Source: Cenococcum geophilum (lineage: Eukaryota). From it: DNA of 64,000 nucleotides. Each line of letters starts with the position of its first letter. Position 1 is the first letter of the stretch. The notes under the pieces are model-generated. The model was not told the origin of the DNA. It searched no databases and was given only the letters and a program-made list of their open reading frames with translations. The stretch covers positions 5,828,001 to 5,892,000 of the forward strand of contig CP158636.1 of assembly GCA_050273025.1 (NCBI GenBank). The letters run 5' to 3'. The position numbers and the translations under genes are program-made. Positions 48,542 through 62,600 of this stretch are shown piece after piece.

Positions 48542-51304
48542 ATGAACGGACACGCTCAACCAGACCTTCCAGGATCAGCCCAGAGGAACCTTGAGGTACC
48601 ATTATCCCAACGCACCTCAACATTGATAACCGTACTTTCTAACAAAATTACTGCTAGACTGCTCCGAACTACTCTGAGCCTCACTATGTTAGCTTGGAAG
48701 ACAACCAAAATCAGGAAATCGATAATCCATTAGCACATTTACCACCACCAGAGATACGCAGAGGAGCACGCAGATTTGCTCGCCGACACTTCGCTGGAGA
48801 AGGCTTGGCTGGTTTATTTGAAAAGGCAGCCTTGGTGGCTCGAGATCCGCTCAATTTTAGGAGCGTTCCTGGATTAACGAGGAAAGAATGCAATGTCTTA
48901 GCACGAGAATCTACCACATCATTCTGGTCTCAGTCTAAAGCACTACGCATTACGATCGTTGCTTTGGGGTTGTCAGCAGTCGTTCAAGGATGGATCCAAA
49001 CGAATATGAATGGCTCTAACTTGACATGGCCCGCAGAGTTCGGCCTAGCATACCCAGATGGAACCCTAAAAGGCACGCGCGAGACATGGATATTTGCTAG
49101 TGTGAACGCTATAACCTATCTCGCTGCTGGAGTATTCGGCTGCTGGCTTTCTGATCCGCTTAATGAATTCGTTTATGGAAGGAGAGGCGCAATCTTCCTG
49201 AGTGCAATCTTCTGCTTCGCTAGCGTCATCGGAGGAGCTTGCACACATTCATGGAAGCAATTATTCGCCTGCCGGTTCCTGTTAGGCATAGGAATGGGCG
49301 CGAAGGCTAGTGTGACACCGATCTGGGGTGCTGAGGTTTCTCCTGCCCATCTCAGAGGATCGCTTGTTATGAATTGGCAGTTACTAGATACAGCGGGCAT
49401 ATTTTTCGGCTTCTCGTCAAATCTAGTCGTGAGTCGAATTGGTCCACTTAGCTGGCGATTTCAATTTGCCTCCGCTTTTCTCCCAACAGTACCTCTGATG
49501 GCACTGGTATTCGTGTGCCCTGAAAGTCCTCGTTTTCTATTAAAAAGAGGCCGCTATCGGGAAGCTTACCAAAGTCTTCTTCAGCTCCGGGAAATTCCTC
49601 TGCAAGTACATATGTCTGTCTGCTCTCAGGTTACCCCGTCATGCTAACTATTCGTAGGCAGCAAAAGAGCTTTACTACATGAACTGCCAAATTCAAGCCG
49701 AAACGGAACTCATCGCATCCCGGACCACAGAAATCGAGATGGGATCAATTAGCGACCCCTCAGACGACGTAAACGAAGCAGAAGATGACCATGATTCAGC
49801 TTCCAGCGTCACTAACAGTAGCGGTAGTGACTCGGTCTGGAGAAGTCTGGTTCAATTCTTCAAAGACTTCCGCATCCGTGGGGATCAGAACACGTTTGAT
49901 CCTTTTCAGCGCAAAGTGCAGCAAACAAGCTATTGGACAAGATTCGCGCAGTTATTCTGGAATAAACGCACTCGACGAGCTACGGTTGCAGCAGCAGTTG
50001 TTATGACTGCACAGCAATTATGTGGAGTGAGTGTTTTGTCTTCCTTAAGTTTATTGTCTAATTGCTGTGTGGAGCAAAACAGTATTTCTCCTAGAGAGTC
50101 GTTTGCCACTACCCGCATTTCTCTCTAAAACCCGATCGATTCACATTTGGGTTAAGACCGGCTAACGGGACATAGGTTAATGTCCTTGTATTCTACAGCT
50201 CCACTTTTTTTAGGGATTACAATAGTGATTCCGGGCGCCCAACCGACAATGAAATAATGCGAGCATTATGGCTCAGCTGGGGTATAGGGCTTGCGAACTT
50301 CCTCTTTACCTTCCCAACTTATTACCTCATTGATAAACGCGGTCGTCGTTTTCTCCTGCTTCTCGGGTTTCCTGCCATGGCCATCTCGATGCTAGCCGCC
50401 TGCCTTTCTTTCAATATCCATTCTAGTGGCTTGAGAGATGGCTTTATCATCTTCTTTATTTTTGCCTTCATTTTCTTCTACTCCTGGTCCGAAGGTCCTG
50501 TCGCCTTTGCTTATTCATCGGAGGTTTTCCCGCTGCTCAATCGAGAGGTGGGCATGTCATTCGCTGTATTCTGGTAGGTCCTCTTTCTTTCAACGCAGTG
50601 ATCTTTTTGGACTGGACCAAAGTTGGAGTGGAGTGGAGTGGAGTGGATTGCCAGCCTTAATAGGCAAGCGCTAGCCCTGTTTAGGAACGAGCTAAACTAC
50701 AAGTAATTTGGACTGGAGTGGATTTGAGCTCAAATCCACTCCAGTCCAGTCCAAAAAGATCACTGTTTCAACGTCCGATACATTAAAGCTAAGTTACACC
50801 ATTAGCAACCTATTCGGAGCCGGTATTTTAACCCTTTTCGTCCCTTCGCTCACAAAAGCACTCGGAAACAACCACAACCAGAACCCAACCGGTCAAAGCC
50901 GGACGCTCGCTATCTTTGCGGGTCTCAACATCTTTGCTTTAATCCTCATTTTCTTCTTCGTCCCCGAGACAGCTGGCGCGACTCTCGGCAAGGAAGAAGG
51001 CAGTCTCAACTACATTTCTCTCGAAGAGTTGAACTACATTTTCAGCGTCAGGACGAGGAAACACATGGCGTATCAGGTTAAGACGGTAGTGCCGTGGGCT
51101 TGGAAATACTATATATGGAGGGGGGAAGAGGATAGGAGGCAAGATAGTCCGGAACAACTGTATAACTGGGTTAGGAGCCAGGAGGAGCAACAACGAAGAG
51201 AGCGACCGAGGCAGGCACAGGAGAGGATATCGCAGGAAGAACGAAGGTTGGGTGGAACGCCGATTGGAGGGCCAGGTGGGTCTCTTGATATCTCGAGGGG
51301 TTAA
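48542..51304 (+). CDS. MFS sugar porter (polyol/myo-inositol transporter-like). Exons 48542-48595, 48658-49605, 49658-50026, 50176-50573, 50806-51304
   Basis: YGRRGAIF, RFLLGIGMG, AEVSPAHLRG, PESPR, AQQLCGVN, DKRGRR, SEVFP...RE and VPET motifs. Four GT-AG introns in frame. Confidence 0.92.
50596..50765. mobile_element. hAT-type MITE (170 bp) in intron 4 of the MFS gene
   Basis: 22-bp TIR CAGTGATCTTTTTGGACTGGAC. 8-bp TSD TTTCAACG at 50588-50595 and 50766-50773. Internal (GGAGT)n repeats. Confidence 0.93.
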
Positions 51305-52078
51305 TTGCGGAAAAACTGGAGTCTAATAGGTTCTGTATTATTTTCTTGCCTCGAGCAAATACTGGGAATATACCTTTGGCTTTTTTTTCGGAGCCTTGTT
51401 GAAAGGTTTTTTTGCTCCACGGTACACAGCATTGAATACTAGAGAATGCTAAACAAGCCTCTTTTTATATTAGCCCTGAAGTGCTTCGGATCCTTATACG
51501 AATTCTACATAGAGTAGAGAGTACTAACCAACGGCTTTCCACGTAGGCGCCTTTATCAACAGGGAAGATCGGCGAGTCGGCGAGTCTTGACATAAGAGAA
51601 ATGTTACAAGTCGACGCTCGCCGTTCTTTCTTGACATTATTTACAAACCGTCGTCTTTTCAAACTGAATTACTTCAACCTTGGTTAACAATTTTTTTTTC
51701 CCGACTCGTTTTAAAACATATTTAATCGCAGTGGACCCTGGCTTTTCGAGGACCCAGTCACCCAATTCAGACGGTGGCTGCACAGCTTGAACCAACCAAC
51801 CAATTAACGAACTGCCCCATATATAATGTTGCGGCACAGCACGACATCCTCGGCATCGTCAGGAAGTACCGAGTTACTTCTCCTTAGAGGGGGCTAGAGC
51901 GTGGGAACATTACTCCGAAATTTTCAATCAGTTCCAGAAGCCTAAACTCCTCGTTACATATCTGGTTGAGATGACCGAAAATGCGCTCGATGACGAGCAA
52001 AATGAACTACTCAGCAACGACATCGGCGCAATGGGGCCAGAGGTTACTAGACCAATTTATTCCCAAAACTCCTTCCGG

Positions 52079-52249
52079 CAGGGTGGGCGAAAATAAAATC
52101 TTATCTGATAAGATCGATAAATTATCATGATTTTCGCTTATCGGTATTTATCGCTTTTATTTCAATAATTTCTTAGCATACCCCACTTAGAAAAAATTCT
52201 CTACTTTTAATAAAGTATTATATGAACTATGGCTTCTAAAGCAGACTCA
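52079..52249. mobile_element. Probable left end of another hAT transposon; the partner end is not in the window
   Basis: Starts CAGGG like the other hAT TIRs here. Dense GATAA/TTATC subterminal repeats at 52100-52160. Marks the start of RIP-type composition. TSD cannot be confirmed. Confidence 0.5.
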
Positions 52250-53662
52250 GGCTAGTAATATCCTTTGCCTTTTCGCGGTATTCCTGTAGAGAAGGGTCCA
52301 TATAGTTTACTTATAGTAGTTTATTAATAAGGTCGAATTCCATAGGGTTAATAGGACATATCTTAGCGCTTAGAGATTTAGTACTTAGTTCTTCTTATAT
52401 TTGGGGGTTAAGGTACTCTGGTTATAGTAGCGTCTGGGTTTATAATAAGATCTTTACGGCTATCTAGTTATTTAGGTCCTGTTTACGTCTTATAAAAGCG
52501 TTTGCATAGTTAGTGGCGCCTAGCCTATATATAATTAGGAAGTTAAACTAAGATAGAATATCTACCTAGCGCGCTTGCCGGGCCGTAAGGGCCTTAGTTA
52601 TTATAAAGTATTCTAGGGCCTTATAATCTAAAACTACCTAAATAGGCTTAGGGGTCCCTTCTAGCTATACTTACTAGTGCTAAAAGCTAGAGATAATAGC
52701 TAACATTTCTTTATTATGGATTGGGTAGTTTAGCTTAGCATCTATTATAGTCTTTAAGTAGTAAGCAATAAGGTGCTATTCTCCGTCTACTTCTAGGAAT
52801 AAACGCTAGTAATAACACTATCTAAGGTATCCGTTTCTAGTATTAAGGGCCATTCTAGGTTAAAGTGGGCGAGTAAGGGAGCGGAGACTAGTCGTTTCTT
52901 AAGCTTATTAAGGGCCTGCTTATATACGGTGTTAAAGTAAAAGGGCCGGTCCTTTATAGTAAGGCGGCTAAGGGGCTAAGTAATCCTACTATAGTTTTTA
53001 ATAAAGCGTTAGTAGAAGTTACAAAAGCCTAAGAATAACTGTATCCCTTTTATAGTCTATAGTAGTTCCTATTAATTAATTACGGCCGTCTTTTCTAGGT
53101 TAGCCTCGATTTTATCTATACTAATAATAAACCTTAGATACTTTATACGCTTTATACTAAATTCTAACTTCTTAATATCGGCCTGGAGGCTAGCCTTATA
53201 GAGTTGTTATAGGACCTTATAGACGTGCTCCTTGTATTTTAACTCGTTCTTAAAGTAAATTATAATATTATCTAGGTAGGCCGTATAGAAGTTATTAAGG
53301 TAGTTAAAGAGTATATTATTTATATATTATTAGTACGTAGCCGGTCCGTTAGTTAGTTTAAAAGGAAGTACTTTATATTTATATAATCTATATTAAGTCT
53401 AAAATGTAGTAAGATCTATAAATCTAGGGTTTATTTTAATTTAGTAGAAAGCCTAACGGATATTAAGCTTTATAAATACCTTAGCTTTATTTATTTGGGC
53501 CAGTGTCTTATTAAGTAGGGGTAGCGGATAACGGTCTTTGCGGGTTATATTATTAAGCTTATAGTAGTTAATATAGAAATAAAGTCCTCTATTTAGCTTT
53601 TTTATAAAGAGAATAGGGGAGGTAAAAGGGACCTAGCTAGGCTTAATAAACCCCTTTACTAG
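52250..53662 (-). pseudogene. Truncated Ty3/Gypsy pol fragment (RT-RNase H), related to element A
   Basis: Collinear with A at ~9138-10555. YLDN (from YLDD) near 53270. No LTR at the left junction. Confidence 0.85.
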
Positions 53663-56600
53663 TGTCGGTATCACTTCCGGTAATACGTAATGCTATTGTA
53701 ATAGTATAGGGTAGTAACTGATTTTAATTAATGCTTATTAATTCTCCTATTCTATAGGTGGAATTTGGTGGATTTCCTAAGCTCGCTTAGCTTATATAAC
53801 TAACCTAATTAGTTACAGACAACCTCGTTTAGACACTAGGAGTATTTAGTTTTTAATAGTGCTTAAGCACGCCTCCTGCTAAATTCTGTTAAGTTCTGCC
53901 ATATTCCACTAAATTCCATTAAGTTCTACTAAATTCCGCTATATTCCATTAAATTCCATTAAGTTCTACTAAATTCTGCTATATTCCACTTAGATTCTAC
54001 CAAATTCTGCTAAGTAGTTAAAGTAACTAATCACAATTTTCCATCCCCGGGATGGAAAGTCGCTATTAGCTCGCTTAGTACTAGCGCCTTAGCGGCTAGC
54101 TTAATATCTTCGCACACTTTATTCCTACTTTAACGTCTTCTCTCTCTACCCACTTGGTAACCTATAGCTTAATTATATTTATATTAATTAGGTCCTTTAA
54201 CGCCTGGTAAGGCTTTAATTTTATTATAGCGTCTATAGGGTTACTACCTCCATTAATCTATTTAATCTCTACTATTTCTCTTCTCTTATACAATTATTGT
54301 AAACACATTAGGTTAACTATAAGTTATTTCTCTTATATTATCTTAAGTTTAACTAGGCAGTTATATAGAGATTTTAAATCGGTATAAAGGGTAAGCGGTA
54401 GTTGTTTAAGTTATAGGATCTTCTTAATAGTTGCTTTAATTACAGCTCCGGTGTTAAATCCATAGGCTATATTATATAGTTTAGATATTAAGACACTTTA
54501 TATAACTCGCTTATACTTAATAGATAACTAATAGAGGATATTAGCCCTATTATCCTTATCCGTAAGTATAATAATAAAGCCAATCTAAGAGGAGAGGTTG
54601 TAGTTATTAGCAAAGGATAAGTCCGTAAATATTATTAGTTTAAGAGTGCTTATATTAAGTTATACAAAATAAAGTCCTTAGGAGGGATTATTAATTTGCT
54701 ATTACAGCCGCTTATTAAGCTGCTTTATATATTCTTCCTTTAGGTTAATAACTTATGCCGTAAAGGAGAGGTTAAAGGTAGCTTTTAGTTAACAGACTAT
54801 AGCGATATAGGCTCCTCTTGCTCTTTAAGCAACGTACTAGTCCTTTAGTGTAACTGCCTTACAGACTTCCCCTCTAAAGCTAGTTAGGTCTATAGCCTTT
54901 ATAGTAACCAGCTTTAGGTTCTAGCATTAACATTCTTAAGTAAGGGCTATTAAATCTTTTTCTTACTTAATATAGCCTCTATTAAACTTAATTGGGGTAT
55001 TTAGCGTAAGCTTCTCTCTCTCTTTTACTAGGAACTTTACCTCCTAAAGTTTAGCTTCTTTAGCCTCTACAAAGGTTTTATTAGTAAGAAATAGTATATT
55101 ATTAGTCTATAATCCTATAATTCTAAAGCCGTCGCTATTTGTGTATAACAAGCAGGGGTTATATATTAATTGGTTCATCTATAGCTTATTAAGGTAGTGG
55201 CGGTAGTATATATTAAATTAGTGGTTACCAGCTTCCGGGACACCGTATAGTGGTTTAATAACTCTTAGAATTAATCTATCTTTTAGTTTAAGTTCTAGTA
55301 GCGGGCGTATAAAGAAGTCTTTATTTAGGTAGGTACTAGACTATATATAGGCTTATAAGATATCGCGCAGGTATAAAGAGGCTAGTTTTCTTTTATTTCC
55401 TTATAGGGTTGCTATAAGTACTAGAATAATTCTCTAGCTAACACGTTAAATGGGTAGTAACTATATTAGAACTAGATCTTTGCTATAGTTGTTATAGGCT
55501 TATATAACTAGTCTAAACTTCTTAAAGGCCTTGTCTGTTCCGGCGTTCTTAATCTTATTAATAAATTGGGAGTTAAAGATTCTAACTCCTTTTAGGACGT
55601 CTACTGTATTAATAAACTTAAAAACGCCTTTCTTAAGTAAACCGTTTATCTCCTTACGTTAAGACTCTATAAATAACGGTAAGGTACACTTAGAGGTTAT
55701 AGTATTAGATTTTGTTAGGCTGTCGTTAATAAATATTAATACGTCTATAATGTTTTACTAGGACTTTGTTAGCGATCATTATATTCGTTTTAATCTTTAG
55801 AGGGGTATAGTAGCTACTAGTTCCTTAGTTAGTTCCTTAGTTAGTTCCTTAGTTAGTTCTTCTAGTTCGGGTTATAGGTATAGTTTTACTACTATAGTCC
55901 TAAAGTTGGTAGGTCTACTAGGGAGCTATACCTTATATATCTCTCCGTTAATTCTAAGTAACTTAAATAGGCTAGTCTATCTGCCGCTTTATTTAGTATT
56001 GCCTTTATATTATACGAGTATATCTAAGTTAAGGGGGAGGTTGTAGATTATAGTAACAGATGGACCGTTTTGTTAGTTTAGTGCATTATTAACTTACTTC
56101 TTTACCCTAATCCTTATAATCTCCTCTATTGCCTTCTTTATAGCTACCGCTCGCTATATAATAGAGGGTACTAGTAGGTCAAGTTTACTTATTTAAGGGT
56201 AGGCACTAAAGATAAGAAGTATTAGGACTAAGCCATCTGGGCCAGCTATATTATTAGCAGCCTTTACCACCATTTATAAAGCTAGTTCTTTAGTTATTCC
56301 CAAGTCCTATAGCTCCTTTATAATTATCTGGTATGCTTAGCATAGGGTTAAATAAGCTTTTTCTACCATTCTAATAGACTAGTAAGCTTTTACTAAGACG
56401 CTCTTAGTTAATATAGCTATTGCTATAGCGTGCTATTAAAATTCCTTGCTTACGAAGTTCTTCCTAGCGTTGTGGGTAATATAGTTAGGTGGTCTAATAT
56501 AGGTGTCAATCTAGCAGAGTCGTAGGATGTCCTAGGTATATTTTACGGAGATATTATATAGCTATCTCGCGGCTTAAAATCTAGTAGCTTTATTAATTAT

Positions 56601-59600
56601 ATAGAGGATAGGGCTTCTATTAATATATATAATATTAATAAAAATAGAATAGTTAAAATCGGAATCTTAGTCTTTTTATAATGTAAACTTAAACCATTTA
56701 AGGGATTTGCCGTGTTTCTAGCAGTAGGAGTAGTACTTAGTAAGGTAGTTAATAACCTGCTTATTAATATTATCGTGGCTAGAGCGTTCTAGTACCTTAT
56801 ATAGCTTATCTGCCGATAGATATCTAAAGCGGCGATAGAGTCAGCGGAGTTTAGTAGTAGTTAGGTAGCAAGGGTTTTAGTTAAACGAGTAGGTTATAAA
56901 TAACTATAATAACTCTTCCTATAATAGGAAGGGGTAACTAAATTAGTAAACCACTAGCACCAATTTTGTTGGGGTAACTAGGACGTTCTTAAGGTTGTTA
57001 TAATAGACATTTAGTATATCTATATCTGCGAGATATAGTAGGAAGGGTGTGTTAGCCTTTATAATATAAAATTTAATATTGCCAACTAGTGTATTAGTTA
57101 TAACGGAGCCAATAGAAGAGGTAGAGCCAATGCCAAACTAGACGTTAATAGCGCCGGCCTTTAAGGTATCAATAACAGTGTTATAGGTCTTCCTATATAT
57201 AAGGTATTATCTATAACCTACTATTAATCTCTTTAAAGCTTTAGTGTTAATTATTACTTTATAGAACTTGTCGGAGGTATATTAGCTAGTAGCAACATAG
57301 GCAAATAGGTCTAGGTCATTGTAGTAAGTAGTTAGGTTAGTGCCGGTAATTATATAGGTAAATAATCGGTCCGCTAAGTCAGTTACAGTATTAATAGCTC
57401 CTTTGTGCTATATTATTCCGAAAGAGGTAAGAAATAGTTTAGTTTATTCCTAAGCCAGAGATACTAGTAGTAACTTAATATTAATTATAAGGGCTTCCAT
57501 TATGTTATTAGTAGATTTTAAGTTAAGTTTATTATTATAATCTGTTCCCTTGTACTTAGTAATATATTACTTAGCGTACCTATTAAAGCGGCGGTTAAGT
57601 CTATCCTTAAACTTTTTTCTTAATTCGTTATGTTTTTCTCTTAAGTATTTAAATAACTAGTAGCCTTCCTTATGGCAGATAAAGCAGCGCTTCTTTAATA
57701 ATATATATCGGCTAGATAAGGATAATTGTGTTCTATAAGGTAATTAAAGGTATTATCTATAGTAGCGGCGGTTAGTAAAGTAGGCTTAGGGGTTTTTACT
57801 ATTTAACTTTTTGAATGTTATTATTGGTCACACAGGGTGACTCACCAATAACAACTACTCGAGTAGGGTTACAGTGATGTTAGTTGATAAAGCTTATTAA
57901 TTAGAATAAGGGAGGGCAAGGAACTTAAGGCTCCTCGCCACGCTAGTACCACGGCGACACATAATAGCAACTTGCCATTACGTAACGGCAGTTTGCCGTA
58001 CGTAGTGGCAACTTACCTTATTCCTAACACTAGCAACTCTTCTTTTATGGTTGCTATCTATATATAAATACTGCTTAACTATTATAACAAATATAAACCC
58101 TCCTCGCTTACTATTGCTATTATAGTATAAGTCTTACTATTCTAAAATTTGCCTCTTAGCACGCGGTGCTTTCTTACTAAGGAGTTATAGGTAGATATTA
58201 TATTAGGGCCGTTAGGGCCGCTAAGGCGCTAGCTATAAGTAAGCCAATAGCAATTTTCTATCCTAGGGATAGAAAATCCTAATTAGCTAGTTTAAGTTAG
58301 GGTCTGCAGAATCTAACTAATTAGATAACTTTAACCGCCGGTTAAAGTTCCTAGATATTTTAAGGCCTTACGTAACTAAGATATTTCTAAGGACTCCCTT
58401 TTTACCTAACCTTTAACTCGTATATATAGAGTATTTATATTAATAAACGTCTCTAGTGCCTTATTTAGGTTTGCCTTCGTTATTATATCTACTAGGTTAT
58501 CTTAGCTATTAATCTATTAAATCTTAAAGAGTTTTTAACATTTATAGGATTAATAAAGTGCTATAATATTAATTATAAGGCGCTTCTCCTTTATAGTATT
58601 AAGCTTAACTAAACACTTATAAAGGGAGTATAAGTTAGTATATACGATTATAGGGATAACGGGAAGTTTAAGTTAATCTATAATTATCTTTAGGGTAGTT
58701 CCAATTACAATTGCTATATTAACTCCGCTAACTATTCTATATATCTCTAACGCTAGAACGCTTTAAGTAACGCGCTTACTTTTAGTTAAGCTCTAATAAA
58801 TAAGGTTGCCATAAATTATAAAGTTGTTTTCTCTAGTAGATTTATTTATAATAATAATCTTATATCCTAACTAGGAGCTAAAATCTTTATTATTTATAAA
58901 TAATCTATTAATAAATATAAAGAGCTTAGTAGTAGGAAGACTAATAGGTATATAGAGTAGTCCCTAATTAAGATAGTTTATTTACTAGGAAAGACGTTTA
59001 TTTAGGGTAAGAACGTTGTTCTTAGTTAGTTCTTAGTATTAGGTAGCAATAAAGAAATTAAATAAAGCCTTAGGTTAATAGATAGAAGTAATATAAGCTC
59101 TATAAGCGCGTTGCTCTATATATCCTTGCTTTAGGGAATTAACATTAATAACGTTAATTTTTTTACCTTAACCCTTCTAGCGTAAAGCAATAACATCCTT
59201 ATTTAGGGAGAGGATACATCTATTAAAAAGTAATAGTGTTATTAAATTAAGCTTTTTTTTTAGCTTTACTATAAGATTTGCCCTTACTAGCTTATCTTCT
59301 TTAAGGGCTAAGAATCGGTTATCTCCTAAGATAATTATATTATTAGTTTATATGCCGATAATTCTAAATAGGGTTCCTATAGTTATAATAAGGAAGCATA
59401 AATTAAATATAGAAGTAGTTATTAAAAGTTTCTCTTTATAGTGCTTGCTATAGGTAGCCCACTAATAGGTTCCTACCTCTGCGATTCTATATAATGGCTT
59501 AAGTACAACCATAATTATATTCTTGGGATATTAGTGGCAAATTTACTCTAAAAGGTATGCTAATATTAAGCGCTAAAGGTACGTCTCTAATTAGGTATAG

Positions 59601-62600
59601 GCCTAAGTAATATCTTATAAATAAACCGCCATTCTATTCTTTATTAAGGAGGGAGCTAGCGCAACAATAACTCGCTAATTAGCTCGTTAAATTATAGGAG
59701 ATTGCGTAAGGATTACCTCCTTACTATTATTATTATAGCCTTAAATAATAAGCCTTAATTTCTTAAATAGGGCGTTAGTAGCTTTACCCTTAATCTCATT
59801 AACTATTCTTAACTTAAAGATATAAACTCTATCAAACTTAGTATAGTTATACTTCTTAAATTTAAAGACTTCTCTTATAATAAGACTATCAATCTCTTAC
59901 TTATTAGATGCTTAGAAAGGAGCTCCTAGAGTTATAATATAACCTTTCTTTTAAAGCTATTTTATAAGCTTAAAGTTAGCCTTCTCCTTAGTTGTTATAA
60001 AGGCCATTAATAGCTTAATTCCGTTCTTAATAGCAATAACAAATTACTCTTTAAAATTAATAAGATATTAGCGGTTTTATAATCCCTTTAGGCGACCTCT
60101 ACCGCGTTATAGTTACGGTATATCTACTATAATTATATTAAAATTATTGTCGCCTTTTAGAGCATATTAATTATAGCTTTCCTCTAGGGAATTTTTTATG
60201 GTATCCTATAAAGGCTTAGAACTATTATCTTTATAGTAAAGCTTAATAACGGTTAAACGGAATTAAGTAGGTCTATAAGGTATCTAAATAGTATAAGTCT
60301 AACTATTAATTATAATAAGTTAATATAGGCCTAACTATCCTCCCTTTTTACACTATATGCGTATCTTAGACTGGAGTAGTAGGTTAAGCGTAGTTAAGGT
60401 ATTTAGGCTATTTTTTATTCCTAGTGCGTTGTTAACCTAGCGTGTAGCATAGAGACGTTATACCTTCTTTATTGCCTTATAAATAGCCTTAGCTTATTAT
60501 ATAATAGAGGGAGATAGTAGAGAATTATTAGTTATTTAAGAGTAGGCGCTAAAAACTAGCAATATAGGTATAAGTCCATCTAGGCTAGCGGAATTGTTAA
60601 TAGCTTTAACAGCTATTTATAAGGTAAGTTCTTTACTAGCGTCCTCTAGTTTTAAAGAGATAATCTTATATACGCGGCGTAATAGCGTATAATATTATTT
60701 TACTTTTCTAATACTATTATATACCTTAATAGGGACTTCCTTAACCTTAATTGCTATTACCTTTATTTATTATCGAAACTCTATAGATAAAAAGTTCTTT
60801 CCTATATTATAGACGATTTAATTAAGGGGTCCTAGGTAGATATTAATCTAGTATAGTTAAAGGGTATCCTATACGTTCCTAGTTAATATATCCTTTAAAA
60901 AACGTGCGGCTTAAAAGGAGGTTAAAAAGTTAATAACTTAAAGTACTAGCTTACCGCTAAGATATATAACATTAACAATAATATAGAAGTTAAAGTTATA
61001 GTTATCTTTAAGGGTAAACTTAAATCGGCTAGGGGACTTCTAGTTTATTTAGTAGTTATAGCAGTACTTTATAAGGTGCTTAATTGCCTTAACCTTAACT
61101 TTATAGCCTACTTACTAAAGAACCCTAAGTAATTAATAAACGGATAGGTAACTAAAACGACAGTATAGTTAACGTAACTCTAACTTAGTTAGGTAGCTTT
61201 AAGTAATACTCTTTTCTAGTTAATAAAGGAGTAATTAGGGGTGACCCTACTTACGCATAACAGGTACCCAATTATCTCCCTAAATAAGTATATTCTTAAG
61301 GTTATTAAGCTTAATGCCTAATTTATCTATATCTTTAATGTAAAATAGAAATAGGGTGTTTATAGGGATAATATAGAAAGTAATATACCCTAGGGGGGTT
61401 TAGACCCTAATTATGCTAAGAGAGATTATAGTACCCTTGCTAAAATAAATTGTGTATTGGCCTACCATTAAATAGTTAATCTAGATAGAGCTATTAAGCT
61501 GCTAAAGGGCTTAAACTTAAGGTTCTCCTACTATAGATACTCTTGCGGCTCTAATATCTGGTATAATACTATAAAAAATATTCGCTAAGTATTTATTATT
61601 AAAGGAGAACGCGGAACTCTCCCTTAGCTTATTAAAGATATTTAACTTTATAATAGAATGGAGCATAGATTGGTTATTAAGAACAGTGACGGTTTATATA
61701 CCATTTACCTTACTATACTTAGTAAAGTATTAGTTAGGAGAGTAGTCCTTAATTTTTATATCTATAAGGAGCTATTCGGCCTTATTAACCTTACTCTTAA
61801 GATCTTCTATGCCTTTATATTAAACTAGGAAGCTTTAAAAGTAAGCCATAATAGCCTTATAATTTCTAATATTTCTTATACTCTAGCGAAACTTATTATA
61901 TACCTCCTTTTACTTATTAAGAGAATACCTAGTTAACTAGCAATTCGGTTTCTTACAAATATAGCACTTCTTCTAGTAATTACTTCAAAATAAACCTCTA
62001 TAAGGACCTCCACCTTTACCTTATAGTTATTAATTATACCCTCTACTATATTACCTACTACGGCCACTATATATTTAATTAGTCTAATTATAATTATATT
62101 AGCCGGGCGGGTTAATTAAAGTAGGTTAAAGTTAGGCGTTAAATTATTATATTTCTTAAGAGCGTAGAGCAGTGCTAATAGAAGATCTTAATTAAGTATA
62201 CACTCCTTTATAAGTATTTACAGGATTAAAAAGAGTAAGGTTATATTCTTTAACGCCTTAGCATACACTAATAACTTAATTATATAGGCTAAAATCCTCT
62301 TAATATAATTTAGATAAACCACGCTAAATTATCTAAAGTTAATTAAAAAGCTTTTAAAGATAATTAAGCTAAGAGACACCTAGGTTTATAGCAATAATCC
62401 TTAAAAAGGTAGTCTCTCTCTATTCTAATATATACTACTACTTATTCTCTTTTATTTTAAAGTAGTATCTTAATATATATATTATGCGGTTAAAATTATA
62501 TCCTTTTCCTACTAAATAATTATAATAAAAGGTACTAGTTTGGCCCTTAAGCATAACAGAATAGGCATTATAGTATTAATTAAACTCTATTCCTACCTTT

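Noticed and set aside
50620..50750. (GGAGT)n as a telomeric or satellite repeat
   Set aside because: It is the subterminal repeat of the hAT MITE, bounded by TIRs and a TSD
274..51193. Many 60-150 aa ORFs antisense or out of frame to the called genes
   Set aside because: Shadow ORFs of real coding exons with no independent support
51465..52070. Possible gene fragment between the MFS gene and the second TE block
   Set aside because: Only short open stretches, with no recognisable motif or consistent splice structure
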